DNA of 63,863 nt, filler included, from Hyphochytrium catenoides (GCA_900088475.1; 7 parts of 7 records of this genome joined end to end with filler, not necessarily neighbours in it); one strand, 5' to 3'. Positions 1 through 11,900 are shown, counted from the whole stretch's first letter. Numbers and translations are program-made. The notes: generated by a model not told the origin, from the sequence alone.

Positions 1-875
1 CGAAGGGTAACAAGATACCAGCAGCGATGTCCCTGGGGAAAGTAACAAGAAAGCTTGAGAGGCCAGAGCAAGCAGACAGATAAAAACAGAACTGAGGCTT
101 AAACTCAGGACGAAGAGTAGGACACCTCAGATGCCCTCACACTAGCGAAGAACGTCCGAAGATTTGTGCTAAGCTTTTAAGCAAGCTCAGTAACTCATAC
201 GCTTACCCATGCGAAGAAGGGGAAAGGAGCTCTCCAATATCGTGCAGCAAAGCAGCCACAACGACCTCTTCGTCAGCTCCATCCCTGAAGGCTCTTGTGG
301 CAGACTGTAAGCTGTGCTCATAGAGATTAACCTACGGTAGAAGGTAGGAGAGCATCAGAAGAAGTCACACAGGGGAGCGACGAAGGTTCGATTAAAGCAG
401 ATTGGAAACGAAGATGGGACTCCTAGAACCCCGCCAGCCTTCTTTGAAAGCAGGGGCGAGGTGGTAGCACAGATCTATCACTCCTAGATCTTAGTTAGGT
501 CTTTACCTGAGCACCCACGGAGACCCCCGTTTCTGGGTGGTCAAGCTGCTTGAGAAGCCATAGAACCCTCTGAGACTGACGCCTGGCATTGGATACATCA
601 GCGTAGAGCTCAGCCATCAGCTCGTACTCCTTTTTAGTCCCGTCTTTCATAGCAGTAAACTCCGTTATCACGTTCGGCACTTTATAGTTGTCTTCATTGC
701 ATTTGAGATAGGTCTTCAGATCGTAAGGATCAGAGCTCGACGAATGGGTTCGGATTGAGCCAGTAAACTGCGTTAACGGCCTTCTCTGCCGTTTCCCATA
801 CTGTGTGACAGCGCGACGAAGGTTGATCGCGAGAGGAGAAGTGAATATATGCCTTGGGAGAAAGTTGCGGGCCAT
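1..875 (-). CDS. HD-domain metal-dependent protein, bacterial COG4341-type (PhnZ-related superfamily), with probable mitochondrial presequence; 3'-partial
   Basis: Exons 875-507, 331-207 and 32-1 joined by GT-AG introns give MARNFLPRHIF...FTAMKDGTKKEYELM...VGAQ|VNLYEHSLQSATRAFRDGADEEVVVAALLHDIGELLSPSSHG|DIAAGILLPF. HSLQxATRA, ALLHDIG and HG are HD-family metal-ligand motifs. The first ~48 aa are Arg/Ser-rich with no acidic residues. The ORF track shows only exon 1. Confidence 0.85.
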
Positions 876-1912
876 GGCAGTTGTCAAGTTTTGCAGAAGC
901 TGTTGCTTATAGAGGGAGGATACCGCTATTTTCTGGCTGGCAAAGCAGAAGGCGGCCCGGAACTCCTCAGCTGGTGGACAACCAAGCTTACTATGTACGC
1001 CCCTCTGAACTCAAACTCATAGAAGTCTTCAGCAGCAATCTCTAGCAGTCTGCGGCGGTACTACCATTGCTGAGTGATGATGCTGGTCATTCTATCATCA
1101 AGGAAGACCCGATCTGACTCTTCATCTTTGCATCAGTATGGTAGATCCATCCTCAAAGTACAGACTACAGACCAAGGTACAGACTTGTCACATCCTTATT
1201 TCTATGATTATTGTGTATTGCACCAAATGATGAATCATGCAATGATCTTATCAGTTATCGATATAGCAGACAGTTCAGAGTCTCAGCCGTTCAGAGTTTC
1301 CCGCGTTCAAAGAGTCGTAGAGAGGAGAGATTAATGGGGTAATGGCGTTTAGACATTGACAGATTGAGTAGAGAAAGAGAGACAGGACACAGAAAGACAG
1401 ATATTGAGAGAGAGAGAGAGTGACATCTGTCTTGACTTGACGGCGGTCATCAGAAGCCGAAGGGACTACGGGACTACTACTAGGGGATTCAAGGCAATCA
1501 ACGTGCCAAAACAGCGCTTGTTCTGCAGAGCAGGAGATAGTAACAGCAACTGCAGCTCGACGATAGACTGCAGCAGAACAGCAGGCAGAAGGTCACACAG
1601 GGTTGAATGCAGAGACATGAGACCAAGAGATAGGAGGAGTCATAAGGAAGATGTCGGACGATGGGAGAAAGGAATGCGAGGAAGCACTTTCAAACCACAA
1701 AATCACGAATGAGGAAATGGCCATAAGTTGAGCCGAGACTCTCTGCGCAGTGGTGGCTAGTAAGGCTCTGATTATTTACGAGTAGTAGTAAGGTGTAGTA
1801 AAGGTGTTAGGAACACTGCGTTCCCGATCAAAACTTGGGACAGTGGAGCTTCCCGTGGCGAAGAGCTCCTGTTCATCTCTTTCGTAGGTATCATAGGTCT
1901 TTCTTTCCCTCT

Positions 1913-3634
1913 TTAGGGCTTGTCCTTCTTGTCGTCAGCAGAAAACATCGAGGTGACTTTTTCCTTAGCAACCTGCAGCTTCTCTATCGCTTGGTCCTTC
2001 AAAGAGCCAGCAACATCCATGACTTCTTCCTTCACTGAGTAGCTCCCACTGCTGCCAGTCTGTCTAGCTTCTCTTTCCTGCTCCCTCTTCACCTTCTCCT
2101 TCACGGACATGCGCTCCCCGTCTTTAGTTGGGGCCTTCATAGAGTCAGTCCAGTTGTGCTTGGCCTGGCCGTACTGGATACTGGCTCGTCTAGCAGCGTC
2201 GTCGCCCTTTTCTGCTTCCCGGGCAGTGACTGATGAGTCCTTGTCCTTAGAGCGGTACTTGGTGTTGGTCCAACCATCATCTGGCTGGGGCTCCATCTGG
2301 TGTTTCCACTTATCGTCCTTTGCAGAGTCCGCAACCTCGCCCACCTTCTTGCCCGCCTTATTTGCCATTTCCTTAGCCTTATCCGCTGCAGCATAGGCGG
2401 TGTCCACAGCCCTGTCTTTGATCTCATAGGCCTTGTCCTTGGCCGCTTCCATGTAATCGTCCGTTGCTTCCCTCGCTTCTCTCCGGGTGCCCCTGGAGTT
2501 GTGACGGAGGTCGTCTTCAGCATCTGCGGCTCTGTCTTTAGCACCAGCCCACGCGCCCATAGCCTTATCTTTCATCTCGTAAGCCTTTTCCTTGGCAGAC
2601 TCTTTCATGTCATAAGCCTTGTCTTTGGCGCTCTCCTTAGCTTCCCAGGCATCGTTCTTCATATCCTCCTTGTTCTCCCAGGCTGTGTTACTCTTGTCGC
2701 GGGCCTTGTTCTTCATGTCCTCTTTGCCCTCCCAAGCTCTGTTCTTCATATCCTCCTTGGTCTCATAAGCTCCGCTTTTCATATCCTCCTTATTCTCATA
2801 AGCTCGATTTTTGACGTTCTCCTTGGTCTCCCAAGCTTTGTTTTTTACGTCTCTGGCCATATCTTTCTCATTCTCCCACACTTCTCCTGCCTTCTCCATA
2901 GTCCTGTTGGCTGTTCCCTTGACTTTGTCCTTAGCCCACTGCCAGTCCTCCTCCACTGTCTCCTTTGCAGCGTTAAGCTTGTCCTTGACGGTGTCCGTTA
3001 CTCCTTTGGCCTTCTCCTTTGTTGTCTCGGTGGCAGAATTTACTGCGCCCTGGGTCCGTTCCTTAGCATCGCGGTACTGTTGTTGTGCGGCTTCTTTGGC
3101 GTCAGTGGCGCTCTGCTTGGCGTGCTCCTTCGATTCTGTGGCCTTTTGCTTGGCCTCATCTCTGTGGGCCGTTGGCCCAGCATCGTCCTTCCTTGCACCT
3201 TTTCTGGAACTGTACCAGTAGTAACCTCTGCAGCGCGGAATAGGGTTCCTACGTTACTAAGCTTGGCTATTGTGGACCAACCAAGAAAAAGATTATAAAA
3301 CATACCCTCCGATTGCAGTCACGCCGGCAATAAGTGGCGCGTTGTTCTTGATAAGCTCCTGATAAGCCTGGGTGGGGCTGATATCACGTTGTTCAGCATG
3401 AGTCCAGCGGCGTCCCGCTGGCACTCGGCGAAGGTAACTCTTCTGCACGAGGAAAAGAGAGAGAGAGAGAAAGCACAAGGATCATGGGTCAGCGTGAAAG
3501 AAACCTTCCATGGCAAGATGCGGCAAAAGTACCTGAAGCGTGTCTGCACGGAGGATAGGAGATGCGAGGCTTCTTCTGGCGCCGGTCGCAAGGGCACGAG
3601 CACCAATTAAACGTACTACTCCGTTGCTGCTCAT
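1913..3634 (-). CDS. Group-3 LEA-like hydrophilic protein (~517 aa) with mitochondrial-like presequence and one hydrophobic anchor
   Basis: Exons 3634-3533, 3442-3306 and 3227-1913 with GT-AG introns and consistent phases. N-terminus MSSNGVVRLIGARALATGARRSLAS; hydrophobic LIAGVTAIGGGYYWY; then 11-mer repeats such as KNRAYENKEDM, KSGAYETKEDM, KNRAWEGKEDM and KDKAYDMKESA. Rich in A/K/E/D. Confidence 0.8.
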
Positions 3635-5562
3635 TTTGTCTGCTTGCTAACAAGAAAGTGCGGTTTAAAGAGATGGTAGACTCTATCGATATAAGAATGG
3701 CGAGTGGCTTGAGATGGAGATAAACTTGTTGATAACGTTAGCGCTAGGCTTCTTTTTGATAAATGCTTTCTTCTTGTCGTCCGGCGCCAAGGAGAATTTC
3801 ACCTATCTGCAGGGGTTGTTAAAGCCAAGAACTAGCGCATAGGGAACTTGGAGATCTTTGCGGTTGAAGAAGAGAGAAGGAGGAAGGGGAGAGGACGGGA
3901 AGATCTGGGCCGTCTAGCAAAGGCTAAAAAGAGTGACAAAGAGAATGCATACAAGTTTCCATAGACGTACTGTCTGCCCAAATTCGCCTATGTCTCACAA
4001 AAGGAAGGTTGATAGAACCTATACACCGCAAGAGCTTTTATTATGAGCAGCTCTATGTTGTTTAGCTCGTTCGTCTCCTCCTCTTCTCTCCCTCCAGTCT
4101 TCATCATCCTTCTCTTCACAGACTATATCGGTTGGCGTTCTAGATCAGAGTGAGCAGCCCTATGTGCATCTCTGGCACAAGGCCGAGAACAGGAAGGAAG
4201 AATAAGGGGACACGGGACAAATAGGCCTTCTTTAGAGGGGAAGAAGGAGGCTCCAAGACTTTGCAAACCCATGTCAGTTCTCTATCTTTGAACGAAGCTC
4301 GCGCTTGCAGCTGCCTTCCTCTCTCCGTTAGTCCCTTTGTCTGCCTCTACTACGCAGAGTAGTTCTGTTCTAGCACCACCCTAGATCTCTACAGTCAGCT
4401 CAAGGACAAGAAGCCCACCACCAGGGAAGGAGCCATCGGATTCTCCAGGAAGCCGTGTACAAAGGCTTCGGGGCTCTGAGCGCTGAACTGCAATGAACAG
4501 GCGACAAAGAGAGAACAATGGTGCCCCCGCACAATCATCTGTCGGACAATCATCTGAAGAGAGAAGGCTGGGAGAGAGAGGGCAGAAGACAGCAGCCAGC
4601 AGGAGAGAGAGAGAAGAGAAGCAAAGATGACAAAGGAGGATGAAGAAATCCAAAGATAAACGGGACTGCTCTCAGCGAGACAGAGAGGCACGAGACATCC
4701 AGCAAGAGACAAAGAGCGAGAGAGAGGGAGAGACAAATAGAGAGGAAGGGAGACAGAGCGAGCGAGCGAGAGAGAGAGAGAGAAGAGAGAAGAGAGAGAA
4801 CTTTGGGGAATGGGGGAGAAGTGCGAACAGAGGCAGATCCATCATCAGAACGGCCAAAAAAACATCCAGGATTCACTCCAAAAATCCAACTACAGCCACG
4901 GTCAAGCTACCCGGGCCTGACCCGAATGGTCACAATAATCTGAACTAATGAAAACATTGCTAACCCGGGTCAAAACACCTGTCAGCCCAATACCCAAGAC
5001 TTTGAAGGGTATGAGACTCGGGTTAGATTGCTGCAAATGCCGTTTGTCAGTTATCACAGTCTGTGATCACACCTTGTAATAAGATCGCTTGTTACAAGCT
5101 TCATTCCCTTCATCCCTTCATCAATCCATTCCTCACGGTTCTTTGCTTCGTTCTGCAGACATGCAAACGACTAGAAAGGGAACGGATGACTTGATGATGA
5201 AGACAGGTTGGGGTCTTCTTGGGGCAACGTCGTATTGCCCTCTTCCCCATCTATACAGGCCCGTTGGAGCTGAATGGACACAGGCCTCGCCGCCCTCCTC
5301 TTCTAGAGCAGCCGAAGGTCCAGTTTACTGTGAGGCGTCTGAAGGTTACATATCTGACTTAGAGAGCTAGACCTTGACATTGCCAGGTACTGACAGGGGT
5401 GCTGGTTGTGTCACAGAGTTGCAATGCTTCATGTCGGCGATGAGGGCCGGTTGACCTCAAAGGCCCCTTAACGTTTTCTTAAAAATTGTGCCTGGCTCCG
5501 CCAGCAGCGTTCTCCACGTCCGCCTAAGTTGTTAGAGGAAGGTAGATGAATTAAAGGTGCAT

Positions 5563-6540
5563 ATGAGGGCCATAGCAGTCATTCCCGCCAGATATGGATC
5601 CACTCGCTTCCCGGGGAAGCCTCTGGCTAAACTCTTTGGAAAGCCTCTGATCCAGCACACCTTCGAAGCAGCTTCTCAAGCGGACCTGCTCGACAAAGTT
5701 GTCGTAGCGACGGACGACAACCGCATTCAGGATGCAGTCCATAACTTCGGTGGTGAGACGATCATGACCTCAAAGGATTGTCCTACAGGTTTGTAGAATG
5801 ATTTCAAGAGGGCATAACTCTAGGTCTAGGCATCATAGCCCACCTCTCTCAGGGCTAGCTGATGACGTCCTCTCGCATTGATTTTATAAAAGGCACAGAC
5901 CGTGTGGTTGAAGCTGTCAAGAAGCTTATTAGCAAAGGCAAAGGCATTGAGCCAAAAATAGTCGTGAACGTTCAAGGTGACGAGCCTCTAGTAGATCCAA
6001 AGCACATCGATGGGGTCATAACTCAGCTTCTGGAGGACCCAACGGCTGTGATGGCTACCGTAGCCACACGCATCTGGTCGGAGGACGAGGCTCTGGACCG
6101 CAATGTGGTCAAATGCGTGGTTGATAGCTTCAGGTGGTGCTTCTTTCGATTGCCATTCTGAAGACAGCCATCGCGCACTAACCAATTGCCTTATATTTCG
6201 TCTCCTCGGCTCTAACTGTCTCTTACACAGTAATGCCTTATATTTCTCGAGAGCGTTGATACCTCACTCCAAAGAGGGGGTTTTCGATCCTCAAACCTCC
6301 TACCTCCGGCACGTCGGGCTCTACGCGTTCACTACTCCATTCTTGCTCAGATATCCAAAGCTACCCCGATCTCCCCTAGAGTTATCTGAGGACCTAGAGC
6401 AGTTGCGTGTGCTAGATGCAGGCCACAAGATTAAAGTACAACAGTCTGACACAGCCGTGGCCCATGGGGTTGACACTGCAGAGCAATTGCAGCACCTCCG
6501 AGATCTGCTAAAGAAGAGGGAAAGTCCTACCAACTACTAA
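5563..6540 (+). CDS. kdsB: 3-deoxy-manno-octulosonate cytidylyltransferase (CMP-Kdo synthetase)
   Basis: Exons 5563-5788, 5893-6133 and 6231-6540 (GT-AG). Family motifs IPARYGSTRFPGKPLA, VVVATDD, PTG|TDR, VNVQGDEP, NVVKCVVD, ALYFSRALIP, RHVGLYAF, EDLEQLRVL and GVDT. Confidence 0.95.
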
Positions 6541-7782
6541 TCCAGCAATAATAGAGATTTATAATAAATTATGCTCGGAATCTCCTTCCATCTTCGGCAT
6601 GGACTCTTAATCTTTCTAACAAAGGAAACTGCAGCGTTGCCACAGCAAGTGCTCCGTGAGATGAACAGAGGGGAAAGTCAATGGTGGCAGAACTACTAGT
6701 CTTTCTAACAGATAAAGGGTTATTAGAGCCTATGGCTTTCAGTCCCTGGCTCCTCTGCCGGTTTATTCTCCTGTCAGCCATCATCATCATTATTGCTGTC
6801 TCTTCTGTCAATCAAAGACTTCAACCAGAGAAGGTCAAACACACCTCCCGAGGATAATCTGCTTAGCCGAATGGAGAGTAACTGATGATCGATTGCAGAA
6901 TCGTGGAGGGGAGGATCTATAAATGGTGCTATAGCATTCGGTGTTCTCACGAAAGTAGTGGCCATCTAGACCACAAGATTCGGATCTCGGGACGAGATTA
7001 ACAGGTCTCCACCTTTACGTTGATGTCCACCCAGGGGTGGGTGGTTAATGGCAGGGGCCGGGACTGATCAGGTCGGTACTCCCATGCGGGTTAGGTCTTG
7101 GACGGGTGGGAGACTGCTTAGCCTTTCTTTCAGAACCTTCTGCGGCCAACACTGAGAATGGGCAGGACATCGACGAAGAGGAGAGAGACCGAGCAGAGAG
7201 CAGACAGAGATTAGAGATGCGATAAAGAGAGAAACAAAGAGCTGCAAGGAGCTTCATAATGTGACTTCCTCTTCCCTTCCCACCGCTTGTGACCTCACTG
7301 GATCCTGCAGAGCTTACGACTCATCTCTGGCAGTCCATTGCAGACAGCGCGGTTTAGCCCTGTGATCGCTATAGGCATCCTTTACGTGAAGGGAAGCACG
7401 CTTAAATTGCCGACCTTAGACGACACATCTTTGCAGCACTTTCTACCTTAGAGTTCAAGGGCTGTCACAAGCAAATTGGTCTTCTTACAACGCTAACAAG
7501 ACTACTCTGCAGACTAGGAGACGCAAATTCTATCCCGGTCTTGGTCTCCGGTCTTGGCTTATACCTCTAAAGGGAACCCAATTGCTTCAGTACTACATTG
7601 AAAACGGCTATACTGACAAGCAGACTGGACATGATTGCTTTTGGCAGCGTCTGACCTGGCCCTGCCTGGGTGTGGACTTCTGTCTGGTGGGAAGGACTGG
7701 CATTTTGGGTGGCAGATAGTGCACTGAGAGTCGTTAATGGAGCGGGCACTGGTTATAGAGTAAAAACCCATCTAATAGCTCT

Positions 7783-8916
7783 ATGGCGAGCTTCACGCAG
7801 ATGGCAGCTGAGACAGAGATCAAGGCAGCCATCAAGCTACAGGCTATACTTCGTCGCAAACTTGCTGCGAATGAGTACTATCGTCGAAAGGGCAAATGCC
7901 TCCGACCATTTTCCATCCGCATACTAAGTGCAGAGCAACTGTATACCAAGGGCGCAACCAAGAACACCACGCTAAGCGTCTTGTTGTCAGTAGTGAAGAA
8001 GCCTGTGGGTCCACTAAAGTACGAGTTATTGGTGGAGACTGCTGTGAAGATTGACAAGGAGATAGAGATAGAAGAGACCTTCTTTCTGCCAGGAATTTCT
8101 TCAGACTTTGATATCATTGTCACTCTTCTTGCTACCTCAAAGACCAACCAAGATGCGGCGATGAAGATCTCACCCAGGACTCCTAGGGAATGTATTGGAC
8201 AGGGCAGATTCTCTCTAGATCCCAGACAGATGGACAGAATTCATTGTAGACAGCTTGTTCTTGAGAAGCACAACTTCAGCACCAACTTAGACGTATCGGG
8301 GACTTCGCGTCCCTGCAGCGGCGCCCTTTACGTCGAGGTAGAGCCAGTTGGAAGCATCAAGAACACGTTCTGCGGAAATCTAATAGCTGGCAAGTCCGAG
8401 AATCATGGGCAGATACTGCATCAGCTTGATGAAGTGATAGAGGAGCTCCAGAAGGTCAAATCAGCCGATATTAGTCCCACCAGCGTGACGGACGCGAGCC
8501 TCGCTGCTAGCCGAAAGGTGCCAAGTCTCAAGAGGACTCTTTCAAAAAGACTGCCCAGTCGCTTTGGAAAGCTTTTGGACAACATCAAAGCGGTGCAGAC
8601 AGCTCCACCACAGCGTATGCCATTCGCTCTAAGTGGCGACCGCCTATGGTGCTGCCTGACCCCAACCAGTCTCTTGTGCTACAGAAAGTTTGACGAAGTG
8701 TCTCCTGCACTGTCGATACAACTGAACTCTCGGTCAGTCATTCTGGGATCTCAGGCAGCTGAGGAGAAGACAGAGGGCTTACGCTCTGTGACGCGGGTGA
8801 TGTATCTCCTGCACATTAACAGTGAGGGCAAATGGTTTACCTTCGCCACAGCGTCATCTAAAGAGAGAGAAGCATGGCTAGTAGCCGTAGATGCGAACAT
8901 TCAGGCTTGCAGCTAA
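7783..8916 (+). CDS. 377-aa protein with N-terminal IQ-like motif, possible C2-like middle region and C-terminal PH domain
   Basis: Single clean ORF. AAIKLQAILRRKLAANEY is IQ-like. RLWCCLTPTSLLCYRK...LSIQL...FTFATASSKEREAWLVAV shows PH strands and the terminal helix with conserved Trp. The C2 assignment is tentative. Confidence 0.7.
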   Translation: MASFTQMAAETEIKAAIKLQAILRRKLAANEYYRRKGKCLRPFSIRILSAEQLYTKGATKNTTLSVLLSVVKKPVGPLKYELLVETAVKIDKEIEIEETFFLPGISSDFDIIVTLLATSKTNQDAAMKISPRTPRECIGQGRFSLDPRQMDRIHCRQLVLEKHNFSTNLDVSGTSRPCSGALYVEVEPVGSIKNTFCGNLIAGKSENHGQILHQLDEVIEELQKVKSADISPTSVTDASLAASRKVPSLKRTLSKRLPSRFGKLLDNIKAVQTAPPQRMPFALSGDRLWCCLTPTSLLCYRKFDEVSPALSIQLNSRSVILGSQAAEEKTEGLRSVTRVMYLLHINSEGKWFTFATASSKEREAWLVAVDANIQACS

Positions 8917-11900
8917 TGAAAGAACATGAGCGATTCCAAAAAGCTGCGTAAGTCCTATTGTTTGCTAATTACTCAAGCTCGCACTAGTGAGGGGACGTCG
9001 CCCTTAGGACAAGACTATCAGCTAGTTGAGCGAGACTGAGCCCAAGCTCAGCTTAAGCGGAGACAGCAAGCTACATAGACAAAGGTCCACACTAGGCCAA
9101 AGATATCAGAGGATCCTACAGCATAGAGGAGGAAGAGGCGACGCCTTGCGACGCTCCCAAGAGAGTAAGCATGGCGATAGAGGAGGAGAAAGAAGCAACG
9201 CCACAGTAGGAAGCCAGGAGGCAAAGCACCACTAGAAAGACAGGGAACATCGTAGCAGTTCTCTCCCGATGTAGCCGTTCAAGGGCTTTAGAATAGGCTC
9301 CCCACCGCCGTCAGAATATCTCAACACTCTGATAGCACCCACGGATGCCAGGAACGCACTTGTCGGAGATCACGAGGTAGAGCTGAAGAGGCTCAGGCGA
9401 GTTTATGACGTTGTCTTGGACGGCACTGTATTTAGTATTACTTCCTGGCGGATGGACCCGGCCCCTCGGTCGAGCCTCCTGGTGACAGTTCTGTTCGTAC
9501 GCTTAGCAGGAAATGGACACCATCAGCCTACTTTAGACCGTCAGGTGCTAGTGTTTCGAAGGAGCTGTTGTCAATTTCAAGCTTGATAATCGATAATTTG
9601 GAACATTTGATGTTGCGCACATGCTCGGCCGCCTAGAGGCATATTGACCCTCTCAGCCTTACAAGAGAGAGAACGATGTGACGCAAATGGAGCCGTTGCA
9701 TCTTAAGATTTGACAGCTCTGGCTCAGCCTCAAGTACGGCAAAGCAAGCAGGAAGAAGGTAGGTAGGAGGAAGGGAGTAGGATTCAACCGATAATGGTCT
9801 CTCTCGGCTACCTCGCAGCTGCACCAAGGCAGACTCAATCTGCCTTCATAAGTCTTCTGCTGCCACGCTAGTTTTGTGAGTGTAAAGATGGCACCCTCCC
9901 TCCTCTCCCCTGCATAGCATCAAAGCTCTAACTCTAGCCTAGCTTCATCAACAATCACGGAGCAATCAGCAGAGAAGAAAGCGCGGTGACAATAAACGTT
10001 CTTCCTAGAAAACGCTTTGTCCTTTCTAGCCATTACTTGCATAGAGTGTTAGCGGCACCCGTCCGCCTTAAGCAGAGACCTAGGTCTTCTCCGCCTGCTC
10101 TTACTGGGTCGCAAGCGGCACAGAACCTTGACAGCAGACGTAGAAGGGCGAAGAGGAGAGATCGATAGATTGACCTCGAAGCGAGAGAGCATAAGTTAAC
10201 TGAGGGTCCAAAACGAGGTGAAGAGAGAGGAGTATAATACTCGTTTCTTTAATTCTCACAGGCAGAAGTAAACTGGCTGTGATGTGGAGATCGAAGAGCT
10301 AGCGCAGGAGAAAGGGGCTTGGAGAGCGTTGTCTGTCCTTGGCTATCTTCCTTGTCAGTGATGATAGGTGCATTCCGCCCAATCCCGCTGCCCACCATCC
10401 CGCCACATCTCTTGCTGGAACTTCCCTTAGCCCTCTGATAACTGCGATCCCGTTTCCCACCAGTAGTGAGCTCTTCATTGCAGAGCAGCATGATGCGGGC
10501 ATTGGTCCTCACCTCCAACGATAGCAACGAGGAACAACATAAGAAGGAACAGCTTATCTGAGAGAGAACAAAGAAAGAAAGCTGGAGCGAAGAAGAAAGC
10601 CAGTTCATGCTGAGAGAGCAAGGATAGCCTCTTTGATAGGGAGCAGGAGCTGGTGAGGTTGGTTGTGCGATGCCTTCCGACTTTCAGCTTCACCTTGAGC
10701 CTGGGAGGCAACAGCAGGCGCACCTTCACGACTCTTGTACGTACGTCATGTTGAAGGATGTCCTGCGAAGTGTGCTAAAAGACCATAATGAGGCTTCTGT
10801 CCACACTCACCGCAACCTGCAGTTGGTCATTCGTGGAGACTCACATTCGCATGTAGAAGTGTCAGGAGTGCTACTGGGTGAGGCGAGGCAAGGCCGTAAG
10901 AGGATAAACCCATTGTCTAATGAGGTCGTGCAGGTTCCTTGCCTACAATCATCGACCGACGAAGGACCTTAGAATCATGCCGCTGTCGAAGTAAGCAAGA
11001 TTATTATCATACATCGTCCTGACTATAATCTCCCACCGCTTGCGAGGCAACTAGCTGTCGATGACGTATTATTGTAGGCTGTCCTTGCCGGGACGTTAGT
11101 GCTTGCTCCGTTGGATAAAGCAGAAAGAGAGCTCCTTACCTTTTATCCGTCTTCCCTTAAGATGCAGTTTATCGTCTCCCGGTTATCAGCTAGTTGTTGC
11201 CTCCTTCATCCTTAGTAGTGAACAACACCTGAAGGTCATGCCAGTATTCCCGCCGCAGGTACTACTAGGGTAGGGACTGCTGTTGCTGCTTCCTTTTGGA
11301 CGGCCTGATATACTGGTTTGGCAGGTGCTCACCGCAGTGTCACCATCATGCTTGTGCGTTGTCTCACTATGGAAAGGTGATAGAGATCGGGTCTATCTGC
11401 AGATCTGGGTACCCCTCTCACCATCTATCTTTGCCAGCTCCGTGTTCATTACTTATAAAGATGCTGCTTAAATATCTCTTCTCTAACTTAATCAGGTTGA
11501 AGCGAGATAGGGGCGTTTGACCCTGCTATGGGCTGTCATGGGATGAAGAAGAAGAGCCTCAGGCCGATCCAGCATTGGAAGACTTTCGTCAGATTGTCAC
11601 GACCGTTCTGGCCAGCTCTAGCATCCGATCCTTCGTCTCTTTCTTCTTCTGACCAATAACTACTGCACCAGGTGCTTGCCAACGACAGTGAATCCTCTCC
11701 CTTCTGGTGGGGCTTATGTCCCATCATTTTCCTGGGCGAGATCGGAGGTACTATGTAAGGGAGCGGGGGTGCAGAGATAGTTACACGGTCTCGCCCACTC
11801 CCTCAGGTCTCCTCCCTAACGGACTCCTCGAATGCCTTAGCTATCATGATCGCAAGAAGCACACTTTGAGCGCCTTTGAAGAGTCGTAAGGTCCGCATAG

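Noticed and set aside
1071-1120. C/D-box snoRNA-like GTGATGA...CTGA with short terminal stem
   Set aside because: Only ~45 nt, with no recognisable C'/D' boxes or rRNA guide; likely chance.
2300-3298. 332-aa hydrophobic plus-strand ORF
   Set aside because: Antisense shadow of the repetitive LEA coding sequence.
5563-6540. Bacterial contamination as the source of kdsB and the HD gene
   Set aside because: Both contain canonical spliceosomal introns.
10540-10630. Myb-like KKESWSEEESQFML
   Set aside because: Single short motif flanked by stops; the rest of the domain is absent.
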